This document shows, one piece after another, positions 39,030 to 50,866 of a stretch of DNA of 62,000 bases. The stretch's first letter is position 1. Each line of letters opens with the position of its first letter. The position numbers and the translations under genes are program-made. A model generated the notes under the pieces. It did no database searches. It was not told where the DNA came from and saw only the letters and a list, made by a program, of their open reading frames with translations. Origin of the DNA: Lama guanicoe (Eukaryota); assembly GCA_013239625.1 (NCBI GenBank), contig MU053216.1:1700943-1762942 (forward strand), written 5' to 3'.

Positions 39030-39505
39030 GTCCTGTCCTCCCCCCACCTTGAAAACCCCCAGTGGCTTCCCTTTACCTTCAGAGCGAAATGCAGGTTTCT
39101 TAGCCTGATGGACTGAGGCGCCCTGATGGGTACCTTCCCCGCCGCCCCTCAGCTGTGTCCTGGGTCCCAATCCCAGACGACCGGCCGTTGTAAGGAGCGG
39201 GGCCCCGGCTCCGCCTGCCCTTCCTCCGCTGCCCTGTGAGTGTGAAATGGACCCATTTCTTGGCCCCACTGCGGTCACCGGTCAAGATCTGGCCAGGGTG
39301 TCAAGGCCTGGAGGCCTTACTGCCTTCTCTCCCCGCCGCCCGCCAAAATCCCGCAAGGATCAGATTGTACTGTAATCATCTGACTACTGTTGTGTTTTCT
39401 TCACCTCCCCCCCACGCCCCCGTAAGAATGTCGAGGGCAGAGCCTGGCCTAATCGTCTTTGGTCCCTGTGGACTCTAGGCGCCCTGGAAACGCTTGCTGA
39501 ATAAG
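39030..39505 (+). mobile_element. L2 fragment
   Basis: TTGAAAACCCCCAGTGGCTTCCC..ACCTTCAGAGCGAAATGCA and terminal AAACGCTTGCTGAATAA. Confidence 0.55.
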
Positions 39506-40131
39506 CCCAGTGCACGTCGTAGGCCTCCAGCAACGTCGGTCTGCCCCACAGAGCACGCGGACCCCAGACTTTGCCACCGACTCTGTAAGAACGGGCTGTT
39601 AAGTCGGTGAGTTAGAACTCATGTCAGTGCAGGGCTTCGAGCTGCAGAACTAAAACTACTGCCCGGCTGTAATCAGCCTCTGTGAGTGACCCAGCCCTCC
39701 CCGCCCCACGTGGGGCTTGGACCGGCCCTGTCCCCGCTGGCTGACTGTGCCGAGACGGCCCTGGCCCGGGCAGCTCAGTGGATTTCTTCCAAGCGCGCCG
39801 TGTGTCTGGGGCCCGCGGTGGCTTAGACGGTGGCCGGGCAACCCAGGAGGGCTGGCCGACGAGCCTGGCGGTGGGCCTGAGAGCTGTGCTGGGCCTCCAG
39901 CTGTCCTGACCAGCAGGGTGGCGAGGGCTCCCTCACACGGCTCTGCTGGGCCCCAGATGCCGCAGAAGAGCGAACGAACCCCACGGGGGAGTTAGAGCTA
40001 TTGCACGCGTTGCATACGCTTCACAAGTCACCGGGCCCCCTGAGACGCAAGGGATGGGGACACAGACGCTGCCTTTCGACAGGAAGGACCACGCTAGGTC
40101 GCTGCGAGGACACAGTGCAGGGAAGAGAATT

Positions 40132-40152
40132 TGTGTGTGTGTGTGTGTGTGT
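40132..40152. repeat. (TG)10 microsatellite at a SINE tail
   Basis: Direct reading. Confidence 0.95.
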
Positions 40153-40311
40153 TTTTAACATTTTGTTTACTTGTTATTGTATTATTTCATTGTTTTATTT
40201 TTGAGGGGAGGTAATTGAGTTGGTTTATTTTTGGAGGAGGTACTGGGGGTGGAGCCCAGGCCCTTGTGCCTGCTAAGCACGCGCTCTGCCACTTGAGCTA
40301 CACCCTCTCCC
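40153..40311 (-). mobile_element. vic-1-like SINE
   Basis: GAGGAGGTACTGGGGGTGGAGCCCAGG...CCACTTGAGCTACACCCTC plus GGGGAGGTAATT tail module. Confidence 0.95.
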
Positions 40312-41150
40312 ACTTGTGGTCGTTTTCATACACCACCTCACTGGTAACTGAACTCCGCAGTGTCTGATAGATATCGGGCACTTAACAGAAATCTGAATTT
40401 TTTGGACAAATTATTGGCCTCACACATAATGGAGATGGACTATACGTTATTTTGCAAGCAGGGTCGAGGCACGCGTGAGGAAAACTGACCTTTTCTTCCC
40501 AAGTCGTCCTGTTTCCAGAGCCTTGACGTTAGTGTTCGGTGGAGCTCAGGTACCGCAGAGCCGTCAGTAAGACGTTAGCATCAATGCCGCCAGTGCGTTT
40601 TTGGAAAAGGGAGTTACTGAAGAGCGCTGAACTCAGTGCCGGACTGAACTAATCAAAGGCGATGAGCAAAGCCTGACGTTGTTGGACTGGTGCCTGGCGT
40701 GGGTAACGGCTACAGAGAGGTTTGCTCTGCATTTCAAAAAGGGTCTCATGCACAAAGCCACTCCGCAGCTTCATGCCTCACTGTCGTTTCCAAGGAAAAT
40801 ACCTACCTACTAGAATTACGTCGCATTTCTAAAATTGCTTTTAATTGGTCAGGTTATAATTCAAGTTGCCTAACATGATGATTTTACAGCTAAGCAAGCT
40901 GGATTTGGGTTACAAAACAGCAGTAGAGATCAGGAGCTAGATGAATGGTGTTTGTTATTCTTGCGTGCGAGTATCCAACCAGCCCGCAAGCGTTGGTGAA
41001 CATCTCTTGTGCATCTGCTGTTGTGATGCCAAGACAACCAGACAAAGCTGCCCGCCTGCAGGAGCTCACCGTGGGTGTCGGGGAGAGCGACTCCTAGGCA
41101 CAGTGCCTGAGACACGTGCTGGATTGGCAGGCTGTGCAATGGCGCCTAGG

Positions 41151-41259
41151 TTTTTAACATTGCTTTCTTTTCCGCTCTTAGTGGAGGCACTGGGGATGGA
41201 ACCCAGGACCTCGTGCATGCCAAGCAGATGCTCGGCCACTGCCAAGCGCACCCTCCCCC
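41151..41259 (-). mobile_element. vic-1-like SINE (diverged, short tail)
   Basis: TGGAGGCACTGGGGATGGAACCCAGGACCTCGTGCATGCCAAGCA. Confidence 0.9.
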
Positions 41260-41344
41260 TCTGGCCGCCTGCCCCCACCCCCCACCCCCGTTCTTGATTT
41301 AGGGATTACTCTGGCACTTCTAGCCAGCACCTCTGCCCAGGTGT

Positions 41345-41445
41345 TTCCCCTGAAGATGCTCATTCCTTAGGTCTGAGGTGGGGCCCGGGCATTTGCTTTT
41401 TGAAAAGGCACAAGTGACCCGAGGGGCACCCACACTGAAGAGCCG
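41345..41445. mobile_element. MER5-like fragment
   Basis: TAGGTCTGAGGTGGGGCCCGGGCATTTGCTTTTT. Confidence 0.55.
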
Positions 41446-42069
41446 TGGCTTGACGCGTCAGCGCGCAGCACAGAACAGCGACGCGCTTTGGTTAGCTTGA
41501 GAGGGGAGGGACTGCTGTGTCTTTCGCTCCTTAGGCTGGACCAGTTGTTACAGAGATAATGCGTGCTCTGGGAAATGCGTACAATACAGAAGGTCAAAAA
41601 GGAGAAATATTCCCACCCAGAGGCGACCACTGCTAACATGTCCATGAAAATCCTTCCATTTTTTTTCTTGAAAACATACCACACGTGACCATACTCTGGT
41701 GTGAAGTGCTTTTTCGCTTAGTGTGTCCTGACCACATTCTCAGGTTATTAACTAGCCGTCTGGGGTGTTTTAAACAGCTCAGTGGTATCTGTGGTACATG
41801 CTTTATATTATTCAGTTAATATCCCATTCCTGGGGCCGGCGATTTGCGGGTGAGTAAGACACAGACTTTGTTCTTTAGTTCATGATCTAGTACAAGAACA
41901 CGTGTGGAAAAGTGTAGCACGATTTAGGAATCACCTAAACCAACAGAGAAAACCTTGCTTAACACTTCAGTCAAGCGATCTTGGCAAACTTTTGCTCACC
42001 CAAGGCCCAGGTCAATTCCACGGCACTTCCTGGGGGACCTGCCTTAACAATGAATAACCATGAGCAGTA

Positions 42070-42260
42070 GCAGCATTAACTGGGTTTCAGCTACCCAGCA
42101 GGTGCTGTGCTGGGCGCTTCACATACATGACCTCAAGTTCACAAGAGCGATGCAAGGTAAGGTTACTTAGGAGAATAATTTTTATTGAGATATGAGTCAT
42201 GTGTCACGTAACACGCCCGTCTACAGTGTACACCTCAGTGGTCTGTGGTATAGTCCTATG
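42070..42260 (-). mobile_element. MIR fragment abutting a short L1MB-like 3' tip
   Basis: AGGTGCTGTGCTGGGCGCTTCACATACATGACCTCA, then TTTTTATTGAGATA...GTGTACA..TCAGTGG. Confidence 0.5.
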
Positions 42261-42814
42261 CTGGGACTTCATTTCCCCCCCAGCTTTTTTTTTCATTTTT
42301 ATTTTGTTTTCTATTTTGCAACAGAAGTCTGGCCACAGCTGTGGGTGTGTTGCATAGCGAGCGAACAGGCCAGGCCAGAGGCAGTCTCTCATGTTGGGTA
42401 ATTTTGTGCACAAAACTGAATTCAGGGCACAGCTGGTGTGACACTGTCATCACAGCGTGAAAAGCCCACAGCCTGGAGGCAGGAAGGTCCCCGGGCTCCC
42501 GCGGCAGCGGGGACCAGGCGCTGCCGTCCTCGGGAGAGGCTGTTCCGTCTGCGCCGTGGTTTGTGGCCCGGTGGCTGAATACATAGACCCTTTCAAAACC
42601 CTTTCAACCCATTTTCTCTTTAGCTTTTATCACTGGAAGCTTTGGCAAGCAAGGCTTCCCTCACTCAGGTGATTTTCAAAGACTCTCTTTTTAGTTTATC
42701 TCCGATACTTAAGAATGACCCTGTGTTCGTTTTTATGATGTCCTTCAGTATCCCCCCAGCTCTACTGAGACATAATGGACACATAACGTCCTGTTAGTTC
42801 GCGTTATACCCCTC

Positions 42815-43440
42815 TTGCTATCTTGAAAATTTTCAAACCTAGAGAAAAGTTGAGTGAGTAATGCAGTGAACACCCGTCTGCCCAGACTGGCCAGCTTTAA
42901 TGCTTTACACACTGCCTTTCTTTCTGTCCCTCTTTTCTAAACCATTTGGAAGTAAGATGCAGACAGCACAGCACTTACATGTAAGTAACTCCTAAGAATG
43001 AGCCTAACTTCCTACGTGACCATCCTGCAGTCATCCCACTGAAGACGTTCAGTATGGATGCAGTCCTGTTACAGGTGTGCAGTCTACACGCATTTCCCGC
43101 AGTATTCCTGTAAATGCTCTTCGTGGCTTAAACAAAAAAAATCCAGGATGTAACTGAAGTCTGGGCATGGATCTCGCTGCCAGTCTCCGTTAATCAGGAA
43201 TGCCCCTCCCGCACCCTTATTCTGGACTTTGGATGTTGACATTTTTGAAAATCCCAGATCAGTTGTTCTGCGGAATATGCCTTAATCTGGCTTCAGTCAT
43301 GCCCTCCTGGGTAGAGTCAGAGTGACATCTCGGTTGAGACCCGACACGGGCGAGTCCTCTCCAAGCATCACATCAGATGGCGTCAGCGCAGGACCCGGTC
43401 ACCCGGCTCAGAGGTCACTACCCCGGCGTCTTCACTGCCA
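42815..43440 (-). mobile_element. L1MC4/L1MC5-like 3'UTR fragment
   Basis: TTGAAAATTTTCAAACCTAGAGAAAAGTTG..GTGAACACCC; AACCATTTGGAAGTAAGATGCAGACA; TTGACATTTTTGAA..CAG..CAGTTGTTCTG. Confidence 0.7.
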
Positions 43441-43619
43441 AGGGACCCGTCTCCTTCGCAATTAACCAGTCACCTGTTGGATGACACGTGGAGTTTCTGC
43501 GCTTTTCTCCCCCAGCTGCAGCATCCCAGGCCACCCTGGCCCGACCCTGCTGTTTCTGCGGCGGTTTTCCAGCAGGTGAATGTGCCTGCATCTGTGTGTG
43601 GGCAGCTGCGGCCGCACAG

Positions 43620-44033
43620 CTAAGCACAGATAATTCAGGAAGCACCCAAGCCTGTGTCTGTTACCGAATTCGGAAAAAGGGGCTTCACTGACACAATGAA
43701 GGATCTTGAGATGAGATCTGCAGGTGGGCCCTGAGTCCCATGACAAGTGCCCTCGGCGGAGGGAGATTCGAGACAAACGGGTGACACAGAGGAGGCAGTG
43801 TGACCCCCGAGGCGGAGACTGGACTGAAGCAGCCACAGGGTGGGGAACACAGGGGGGCCGAAGGCCCCTGGCGTGGACGAGACAGAGAGGCCCCTCTCCT
43901 GCGGCCTCTCTGACACCAGGGGAGCGCGGCCGGCTGACACCTGGATTTCCAGAATTGTGAAAGGAGAAATGTCTGTTGTTTTAAGCCACCCGTCTTGTGG
44001 CAGTTTGTCATGACAGCACAGGAAACTAATGCA
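43620..44033 (+). mobile_element. MLT1C/D-like MaLR solo LTR
   Basis: AAGGATCTTGAGATG..GGTGGGCCCT..ATGACAAGTGCCCT; terminal TGTTGTTTTAAGCCACC..TTGTGGCAGTTTGT...AGGAAACTAATGCA. Confidence 0.85.
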
Positions 44034-44046
44034 AAGGTTGAGAGGG

Positions 44047-44163
44047 TTTTTCTTTTTGTTCTTTATTTTAAAAACATTTTTGTTCATGGAGGTACCGGGG
44101 ACCAAACCCAGGACCTCCGGCATGGGAAGCACCCCCTCTACCTCTGAGCTCCTCCCTCCCTCC
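44047..44163 (-). mobile_element. vic-1-like SINE (diverged, short tail)
   Basis: ATGGAGGTACCGGGGACCAAACCCAGGACCTC...CTCTACCTCTGAGCT. Confidence 0.85.
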
Positions 44164-45210
44164 TTGGCTTCTATTAATATTTCAATAATAATTTCTTTGT
44201 GTTTCCTCTTAGATCGGCCTGAACGCCACACCTTATGCTCTTTGCTGACTGTATACTACATCCTTAACGTACTAACGTGTTCTCTTTTCCTCCACTTCCC
44301 ACCCGCAGGCAAAGCGCTGTCCTGATCGTGAGTCACAGTAGCAGTGATTTAAAATTTCCAGCCCACGTCCACGTGGATTGTTTTCTCTCAAGGATTTCAG
44401 GAGACAACATATATCCCATGACATCTGTGTCCTTCCTGCGGTTGCCTGTTTGGCGATTAAGTGCTGCGTCCTTCGAATGCCTGTGCAAAGCTGGCCTTCC
44501 CAGGGGTTCTCACCCTGTAACCACAAGCCCTCGGTTCTGATCATCAGTGCTGCGTGAGCATCCAACTTCTGAGTTCAGGCTCAAAATCCTTTGCATAGTC
44601 TTTGCTGCAGAATAGCTTCCAGGCACGTCCCCGCTTCGGTTTTGCTGAATCGAAGATAAATGTAGACAGTTGTGAGACCAGGGTGTTATTGACGTTGGAG
44701 TCTAATAGGGTTTTTTCCCCTGTTTATCACTTCCAGATGAGAACTTTGTCATAAGGCCAGTCCCAAGGACCTGGGCAGAGCTCTGATTCCACGTGAGAGT
44801 CCCCAGATCTGCCTTGTGCTGTGTGTGAGGTTGAACCTGCAGCATTAACCCTCCCCCTCCCTGGCAGCCCCCCCCATTTGCTTAGTTTGCAGAGCACATG
44901 TCCTGAGCACTTCAGATTAATTGTCATAATAATTAAATGTAGAGGTGCCAATCCGGGAGGGTGGGCATGCCTTGGTGGAGGACCATGGGCTGCTGGTAAG
45001 GGAGAAAGTGGACTAGATTCCTAACAGCCACGACGCCTGCGCGCGCCCGGCGCGGTGACTGGGGCTCTGGCAGCACCTTAGTAATGCTCACGACCATCCT
45101 GATGACAGTCCTCATTTTCCAGCTTTGAAACGGGGGCCCCAGGGGGTCAAGACCTGGATGTGACCCTGACTAGGGCTGGACCTGGAAACCTGACGCGTCT
45201 CTAATGACTC

Positions 45211-45270
45211 TCCTTTCCAGCTACTCCACATAGCACAGGCTCCTTTCCAGCCACGCTGCACAGCACAGGC
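45211..45270. repeat. 30-bp tandem duplication (diverged)
   Basis: TCCTTTCCAGCTACTCCACATAGCACAGGC followed by TCCTTTCCAGCCACGCTGCACAGCACAGGC. Confidence 0.85.
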
Positions 45271-45646
45271 CTGGACACGGAGGACCTGGCTTTGTGACCC
45301 ACTTTCTCCAGTCCTCAGCTGTGAGACTCCCCATCCCTGCAGGGTGGTCTGTGGGTTACACGCGATCAGGGTGTGAACACCAGGAGCCCTTGCCTCTCTG
45401 AATCGCCCGCCACCCCCGCCGTCTGCTTCATTCTCCTGCTCATTTCCTCTACTCCCAGTGCCCAGCCTGGACTCTCCTCACCACATGGTTCTCCTGCTCG
45501 GAAGGCGGGCATCCCAGGGCGGGGACTGTCCGCTTTCCGTCCCTGCGCTGTCCTCGCAGCACGCCGCTGGCGACCAGCAGGTCCCGGGGAGGGGTTCTGC
45601 CGCCGCCCTAGCTCCCTCGCCTGCTTGTCTGTCTCATTTCCTAAAG

Positions 45647-45963
45647 CTGGGGATGGCAAATCACAGCTCAGGGGCTGTCCGCCGTCAGACAGCTATGAAC
45701 TGAGAGCGGTGCTCGCATTTTTAAACAAGTGAAAAAAAATTAAAAGACGATGAATTCGTGACCTGTGCAAGTTACGCAAACTTCCAGTTTCTGAGTGCGA
45801 ACATGAAGTTTTATTGGAGCACAGCCACACCCGTCCGCTCGCACGTGGTCTCCGCTGCTCTCCCGGGCCCTGCAGAGCTGGCGGGTCGCAGTAGGGCCCG
45901 TTTGGACAGCCAAGTCTGAGTATTTGCTCTCTGATGTTTACAGAAAAGGTTTGTCCACTCCTG
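45647..45963 (+). mobile_element. MER58B-like hAT-Charlie non-autonomous transposon, near full length
   Basis: Degenerate TIRs CTGGGGATGGCAAA and TTTGTCCACTCCTG; internal AAGTTTTATTGGAGCACAGCCAC; 8-bp hAT-type TSD TCCTAAAG (45639-45646) and TCCTCAAG (45964-45971). Confidence 0.9.
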
Positions 45964-46044
45964 TCCTCAAGGATGAGCAGAACTTGATACTGGTGTCTCG
46001 CTGCTTCCTTATCCTCAGTTAATCATGTGCACGTTTGACTCTGC

Positions 46045-46095
46045 TTCATTCAAACATTTATTCAACAAATATTCATTGAGCATCTACTTCTTCCG
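46045..46095 (-). mobile_element. L2 3' tip
   Basis: ATTTATTCAACAAATATTCATTGAGCATCTAC. Confidence 0.65.
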
Positions 46096-46619
46096 CCAAA
46101 TAGGTCAAGGGGCTCAGCTCTGCCCCCCAGTGTTGGTGGAGGGGTTTCCTGAGCGTTGAGGGAGTGGGGCCCCCGTGGCGGGACAGTCTGTGTTAACCCT
46201 GGGCCCTGCACCTGACAAGGTTGCACATGGTGGCTTGTCGAACAGGGAGAAGCCACGTGCACCCCATGGGGTCCAACTGTTGCCCTGGGCGGGACCAGCA
46301 GGGACCCGGATACCTGCTCCTTCCGTGAAGACTTTCTAGTCCTTCTCAGTCTGGGCTCACTTGTCACTTTGCCAGCCTCAGAAGCTCTGATCTCTGCCTC
46401 CTGCACCTTGTGTTGTAAATGCATCTAAAACAGCTGCAGAGCCCCCCCCCCCACCGCCTTTCCTCTTCCGCCACAGTTTCCATTTCCTGTCCTCCGTCCC
46501 AGCTGTTCAACTGCCTGTATTAGCTCAGGGGGCTCAGAGGGGTGAGAGATGATGGGAGTCAGCCCTCGTTAAGGGCCCAGGACAAGCATCCTCAGTGCTT
46601 TTCCATGAAAACACTGGTG

Positions 46620-46775
46620 CTTTTAATCTTCTCCTTCAAACCTTTTCTTCAAATGGTAGATATTTTATTGTTGTCCTATTTTACAGATGAAAAAACTGAG
46701 GCTCAGTGAGGAGAAGGAATTTGCCCAAGGTAACGCAGCTGTAAAACCGAGAGCCTGGAATTTGATTGCAGGTGG
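46620..46775 (-). mobile_element. MIR
   Basis: CCTATTTTACAGATGAAAAAACTGAGGCTCAG...TTTGCCCAAGGTAAC. Confidence 0.85.
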
Positions 46776-48318
46776 CTTGATCTGAGCTCGTTCCCATGGA
46801 GACAGGCCGAGCCTGTTGGTATTCCGTGACCCAAAAGCCATGTGGGTAGAAAACGTGGGTCCTTTTTTTGTAATGGCAGTTTTGGCCACTCCCTCAGGTA
46901 CATGCTGAAGAGAAAATTGGTATCTCAGGCTGACCATTTTCCATCAAAGGGACCTGAAAGTCCTAACAGGCCAGAAACTGAATGAAAGACAGGAAGACGT
47001 GGGTGCGGGGATGTCGTTTCCTGGCAAAATTAAAACATCTGGGCAGCCCAGGATGTGTCTCGACTCAACCGTGATTGTCCAGAATATCAGGACCATAAAT
47101 TGAGCAGAACCGACCAGCCCGGCAGCGCCTGAGATGTCTGCGGAATGTTAATCACGTTTCCAGAAAAAGGGAGTGGTCAGATAAGAACGGGGAATGTGCA
47201 GTCCGAGGGAGGCGGCAGGATTCTTGACTGAGCTGCCTGCGGCCCTGGGGCAGGGACTGGGGAGGATGTGCCCGCGGTGACCAGCCGCCGCCACGCGGGC
47301 GACCCCGCGGGGGCAGGTGTCCCTGGGTGGCACTGCCTCTGGCCTCGCCGTTTCCATTTTAGCTTAGAAAGTCCCAGACACCTGAGCCGCTACAGAAAAG
47401 TCTGCGCCTGCCGGTTCTGCTGTTTCTCGGCTGGGAAGGGGTGCGGGTGGCATCATGTTTCCAGGCTCTGTAAACACTTTGTAAGGAAGGTTTTGTAGAA
47501 ATGAATCACCTTACGTGAAATAATAACACAGAATTAGATAGGAGTTTCTGGGAGCCCGAAGTTTTGGTCCCACTGGGGTCTCAGTAAAAATCAAAGTAGA
47601 CTGGGGCCATGTGACCCTTTTCCAAGTGTTAACGTTTTCTGTGTTTTCATTGGTCCAGTCCTTCACATAGTGTTTATTAGGGCCCCAGAATATGAAACAT
47701 GCTTAGTTTTCAATGATATGTGCAAATGTGCCTTTGTGTGACCCGATGTGGGAACTGCAGCCCTTGGGCTCTGTCTGGCAAACTCAAAAAAAAAAAAAAA
47801 AAAGTGGGAATAAGAGGAATTTACTCAGAGTTTTCAGGAAACAAGGTGTCATTGTTGGGATGGTTTCCTGTCATAAAAAATTCTCTAATTTGGTTTTAAA
47901 ATAGCAGCCTTAGATGTTGTTTGTGACTCAGTAATCTATAGGAAATCTGAAACTGTTTCTTTTTTTCCCCTTTTTTATGTGTGTGTTTGTGAAAAGATTT
48001 TCCATATTTTCCAAAGACAAGAAATGAGCTGTTTCTATTCCTGGAGGGGAGCAATGTGACCATATTTGTATTTACTGCCTGCACATGTGCAGACGCCCTG
48101 GCGTTAAAAGTAGCGAAACTCTGTGTTGGTTTTGGTGACGTGTTACACAGAAACCATCCTTCTGCTCTGGTTTCTGCGAGTCCCAGTCCTGAGAGCTGCT
48201 CAGCCCAACCGCCTTAAAGTTACAATCTGTGACCCTCAAATGGTTTTTAACCTGAAGCTTCTCTGGCGTGGACCTCATGACAAGTTTGTACTTCTTTTTT
48301 CCACTTAAAAACAGAGCT

Positions 48319-48451
48319 GGGTGGGGAGGGTATAGCTCAGTGGTGGAGTGCCTGCTTAGCATGCACCAGGTCCTGGGTTCAATCCCCAGGACCTCCACCA
48401 AGAAAGAAAGAAAGAAAATAAACCTAAATACTACCCCCCTCCAAAAGAAAC
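48319..48451 (+). mobile_element. vic-1-like SINE
   Basis: GGGGAGGGTATAGCTCAGTGGTGGAGTGCCTGCTTAGCATGCACCAGGTCCTGGGTTCAATCCCCAG; TSD AAAACAGAGCT at 48308-48318 and 48452-48462. Confidence 0.97.
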
Positions 48452-48483
48452 AAAACAGAGCTAACCCCTGACATTTTTAGAAG

Positions 48484-48592
48484 TTTTTCTTTTTCCTTAA
48501 GCATTTTTTTTTTTAATTGGAGGTCCTGGGGTTTGAACCCAGACCTGGTGCATGCTAAGCAGGCACTCTACCACTGACCTACACCCTCCCCC
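48484..48592 (-). mobile_element. vic-1-like SINE (short tail), inverted relative to 48319-48451
   Basis: TGGAGGTCCTGGGGTTTGAACCCAGACCTGGTGCATGCTAAGCAGGCACTCTACCACTGA. Confidence 0.95.
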
Positions 48593-48599
48593 TGAAAAC

Positions 48600-48700
48600 C
48601 TGTTTTTAATTCTTTTGGGTACATACCTAGGGGTGGAATTGCTGAGTCATATGGTAATTCTATGTTTAACTTATCAGGAAACCACCAAACTGTTTTTCTT
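48600..48700 (-). mobile_element. L1M ORF2-end fragment
   Basis: TTCTTTTGGGTACATACCTAGGGGTGGAATTGCTGAGTCATATGGTAATTCTATGTTTAACTT. Confidence 0.8.
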
Positions 48701-50747
48701 TTGCCTTTCAAATGTCCTTCTTACAATAAAAATTTCACAATATCACAAAATTGATATTCCAAAATAAATTATGGGGTGTGTTAAAGAATGGATATATTTC
48801 CAGACTGAATATTAAAAATCTAAGCGGTTTCTTTGGGGTCAAAATGCGCTCAGACTAGTTTGCTAAATGAACAAGCAAACACAAATCATCATATTTATTT
48901 ACTTCCTGCCATAGCTGGCTTTTCCCTGCAACATTTGGCCTTTTACAAAATCCAGCATCTCTTAAGAGGATGGTTATAAATCGATTATATGGTTGCTGTC
49001 CACTTTGGTTTTACACTTTCTGGGTCAGATGGAAGCTCTCTAATCTAATCTCTTCCGTGATTTGGGTGGACGCAGAGTAAATCCCACGGCAGATCCGAGT
49101 TGGCTCTTATCTTCCATTTCATGTGGACTCCTGCTTAAATGTCGCGGCTCCCCAGGGCAGGTAAAGGGAAGTAAAATGCTCGCGGATAATGCTGCTCATC
49201 TCCCGCATCACGCTGGCTGGGGACTTCCGTGTCCCGTTGACGGTGGACACTGTGGGTGTGTGTCTGCCTCACAGGGTGCTCACAGGAGGGGCTGGCCCAT
49301 CCCTGGAGAGGGGGCTCTGGCCCCCAGCTCCTCTCTGGTGGCCCAGCCTCCCCAGGGACCCCTGGATTTTGGGAAATAGTTCAAGGGTGCTTCTCCACGA
49401 GAGGTCTGCTCTCACCCAGGGCGAAGACCCAGGACACTAAACAGTCAGTGTGGGGCAGGCACCACCCCTGGCACCGAGGACGTGAGCCACCGCAGGACAG
49501 CGCAGGTCCTGGGAGCCCCCAGGGGTCAGACTCAAGGCTGGAGTCGCTGGAACACGGGCTGGTCTCGGGTCCTGGGTTAAGATTAAGAGGCAGTGGCCCC
49601 AGGAGGGGATGTGAGGGCAGTGACTACCTATCGAATGACGTACGAGATCCCTAACATTCTCACCGCCAGCGCGGCTGCCCTGCAACGCTGGGAGGGCGCT
49701 GGGTCTAGAAGCTGTGGTGATGTGCCCCATCCCCGCCACACTTCTCCACAGATCCTCAGGACCGCGCTTCTGCTGTCTCCCCCGTGTCTTTCCGCAGGAA
49801 TAACCTCCTCTTTTCTTACGAGGGAAGGTGCCATCCTGCCTCCTTACCTGACTACGGAGAGACGCCCACTCCCCCGGTCCAGTCTCAGGGGGGCGCTGCT
49901 AGGAGCCTTCGAGCTTGTGGGGGATTCCTCCTCCTCCTGTTTTACTTGGTGGGGCTCCAGCCTTTTTCTAAAACTCCCAGTTGCATTGCACTTGGTCCTC
50001 GTCCTGTTTAATGGCCATCAGTGTCTTTTCAGTGCCTACAGGACGCCCCCCACACCGTGCACACAACTTTAGGGCGGCGTTCTGGGCCTGAGTCTTTCCC
50101 CACTGCTTTCTCACTCACCGCTTCTTTTCATAACCTTCTCCCCACGCACAGGAACGTACGTTCTCCCCGAAGTACACCCTGTCCGCCACCGTCTCCATCT
50201 CACTCCCTCCATGTCATTTGTTAGAACCCTGTCGTACTTGCTGATTATTCTTTCTGGGGCACAGTCTTTCCTTTTGTGGAAGCTGGGAGACGGTGGGTGA
50301 CCCTAGGGAGCGGCCAGCCTTCTTCAGGGTTGCTGTGGGAGAGGGAATCTGCTGGCTCCAAGGCTGCGTGGCTGTTCGTTGCAGGACTTGGGCGAAGCTA
50401 TGTGAGCACAGGTCCACGTGGGGCAGGCCGGAGGTGAAGGGACGCCAGTAATGGGGTGCTGGGCGTGCACGTTGGCACTGAGCTGTCCCCACCTGCACCC
50501 CCCACCCCGGCTCCTCCTCGGCACCGACCCTGCCTTTGGCTTGTGCGGACTTGGCCCTGCTCGAGGGTCAGGGCCCCTGGAGGACAGATCCTGCCGGGCC
50601 GAGACCAGACGACGCGGGCAGTGAGGCCCTGCGCCCGGCTTGCTTCTTTGTGAGGTTAGGCAGGGAGAGTGAGGCCGGGCTGGGTGATAAGGTGTCGGGG
50701 CAGGTGCAAGGCTGGCTCCAGAGGGCAGAGGGCTCGGGAGCCGGGCA

Positions 50748-50866
50748 GGGGTGGGGGTGCAGCTTGGGGGAGAGCACATGTTTAGGATGCACGAGGTCCT
50801 GGGTTCGGTCCCCAGCACCTCCATTAAAATAAATGATAAATAAACATAATTACCTACCCCCCCAAA
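50748..50866 (+). mobile_element. vic-1-like SINE
   Basis: ATGCACGAGGTCCTGGGTTCGGTCCCCAGCACCTCCATTAAAATAAAT...TAATTACCTACCCCC. Confidence 0.92.

Noticed and set aside
48323..48398. tRNA-Ala(AGC) genes (this and the other tRNA-like heads)
   Set aside because: Each has an A-rich tail, usually TSDs and a shared non-tRNA tail module, plus stem-breaking substitutions. They are SINEs, not tRNA genes.
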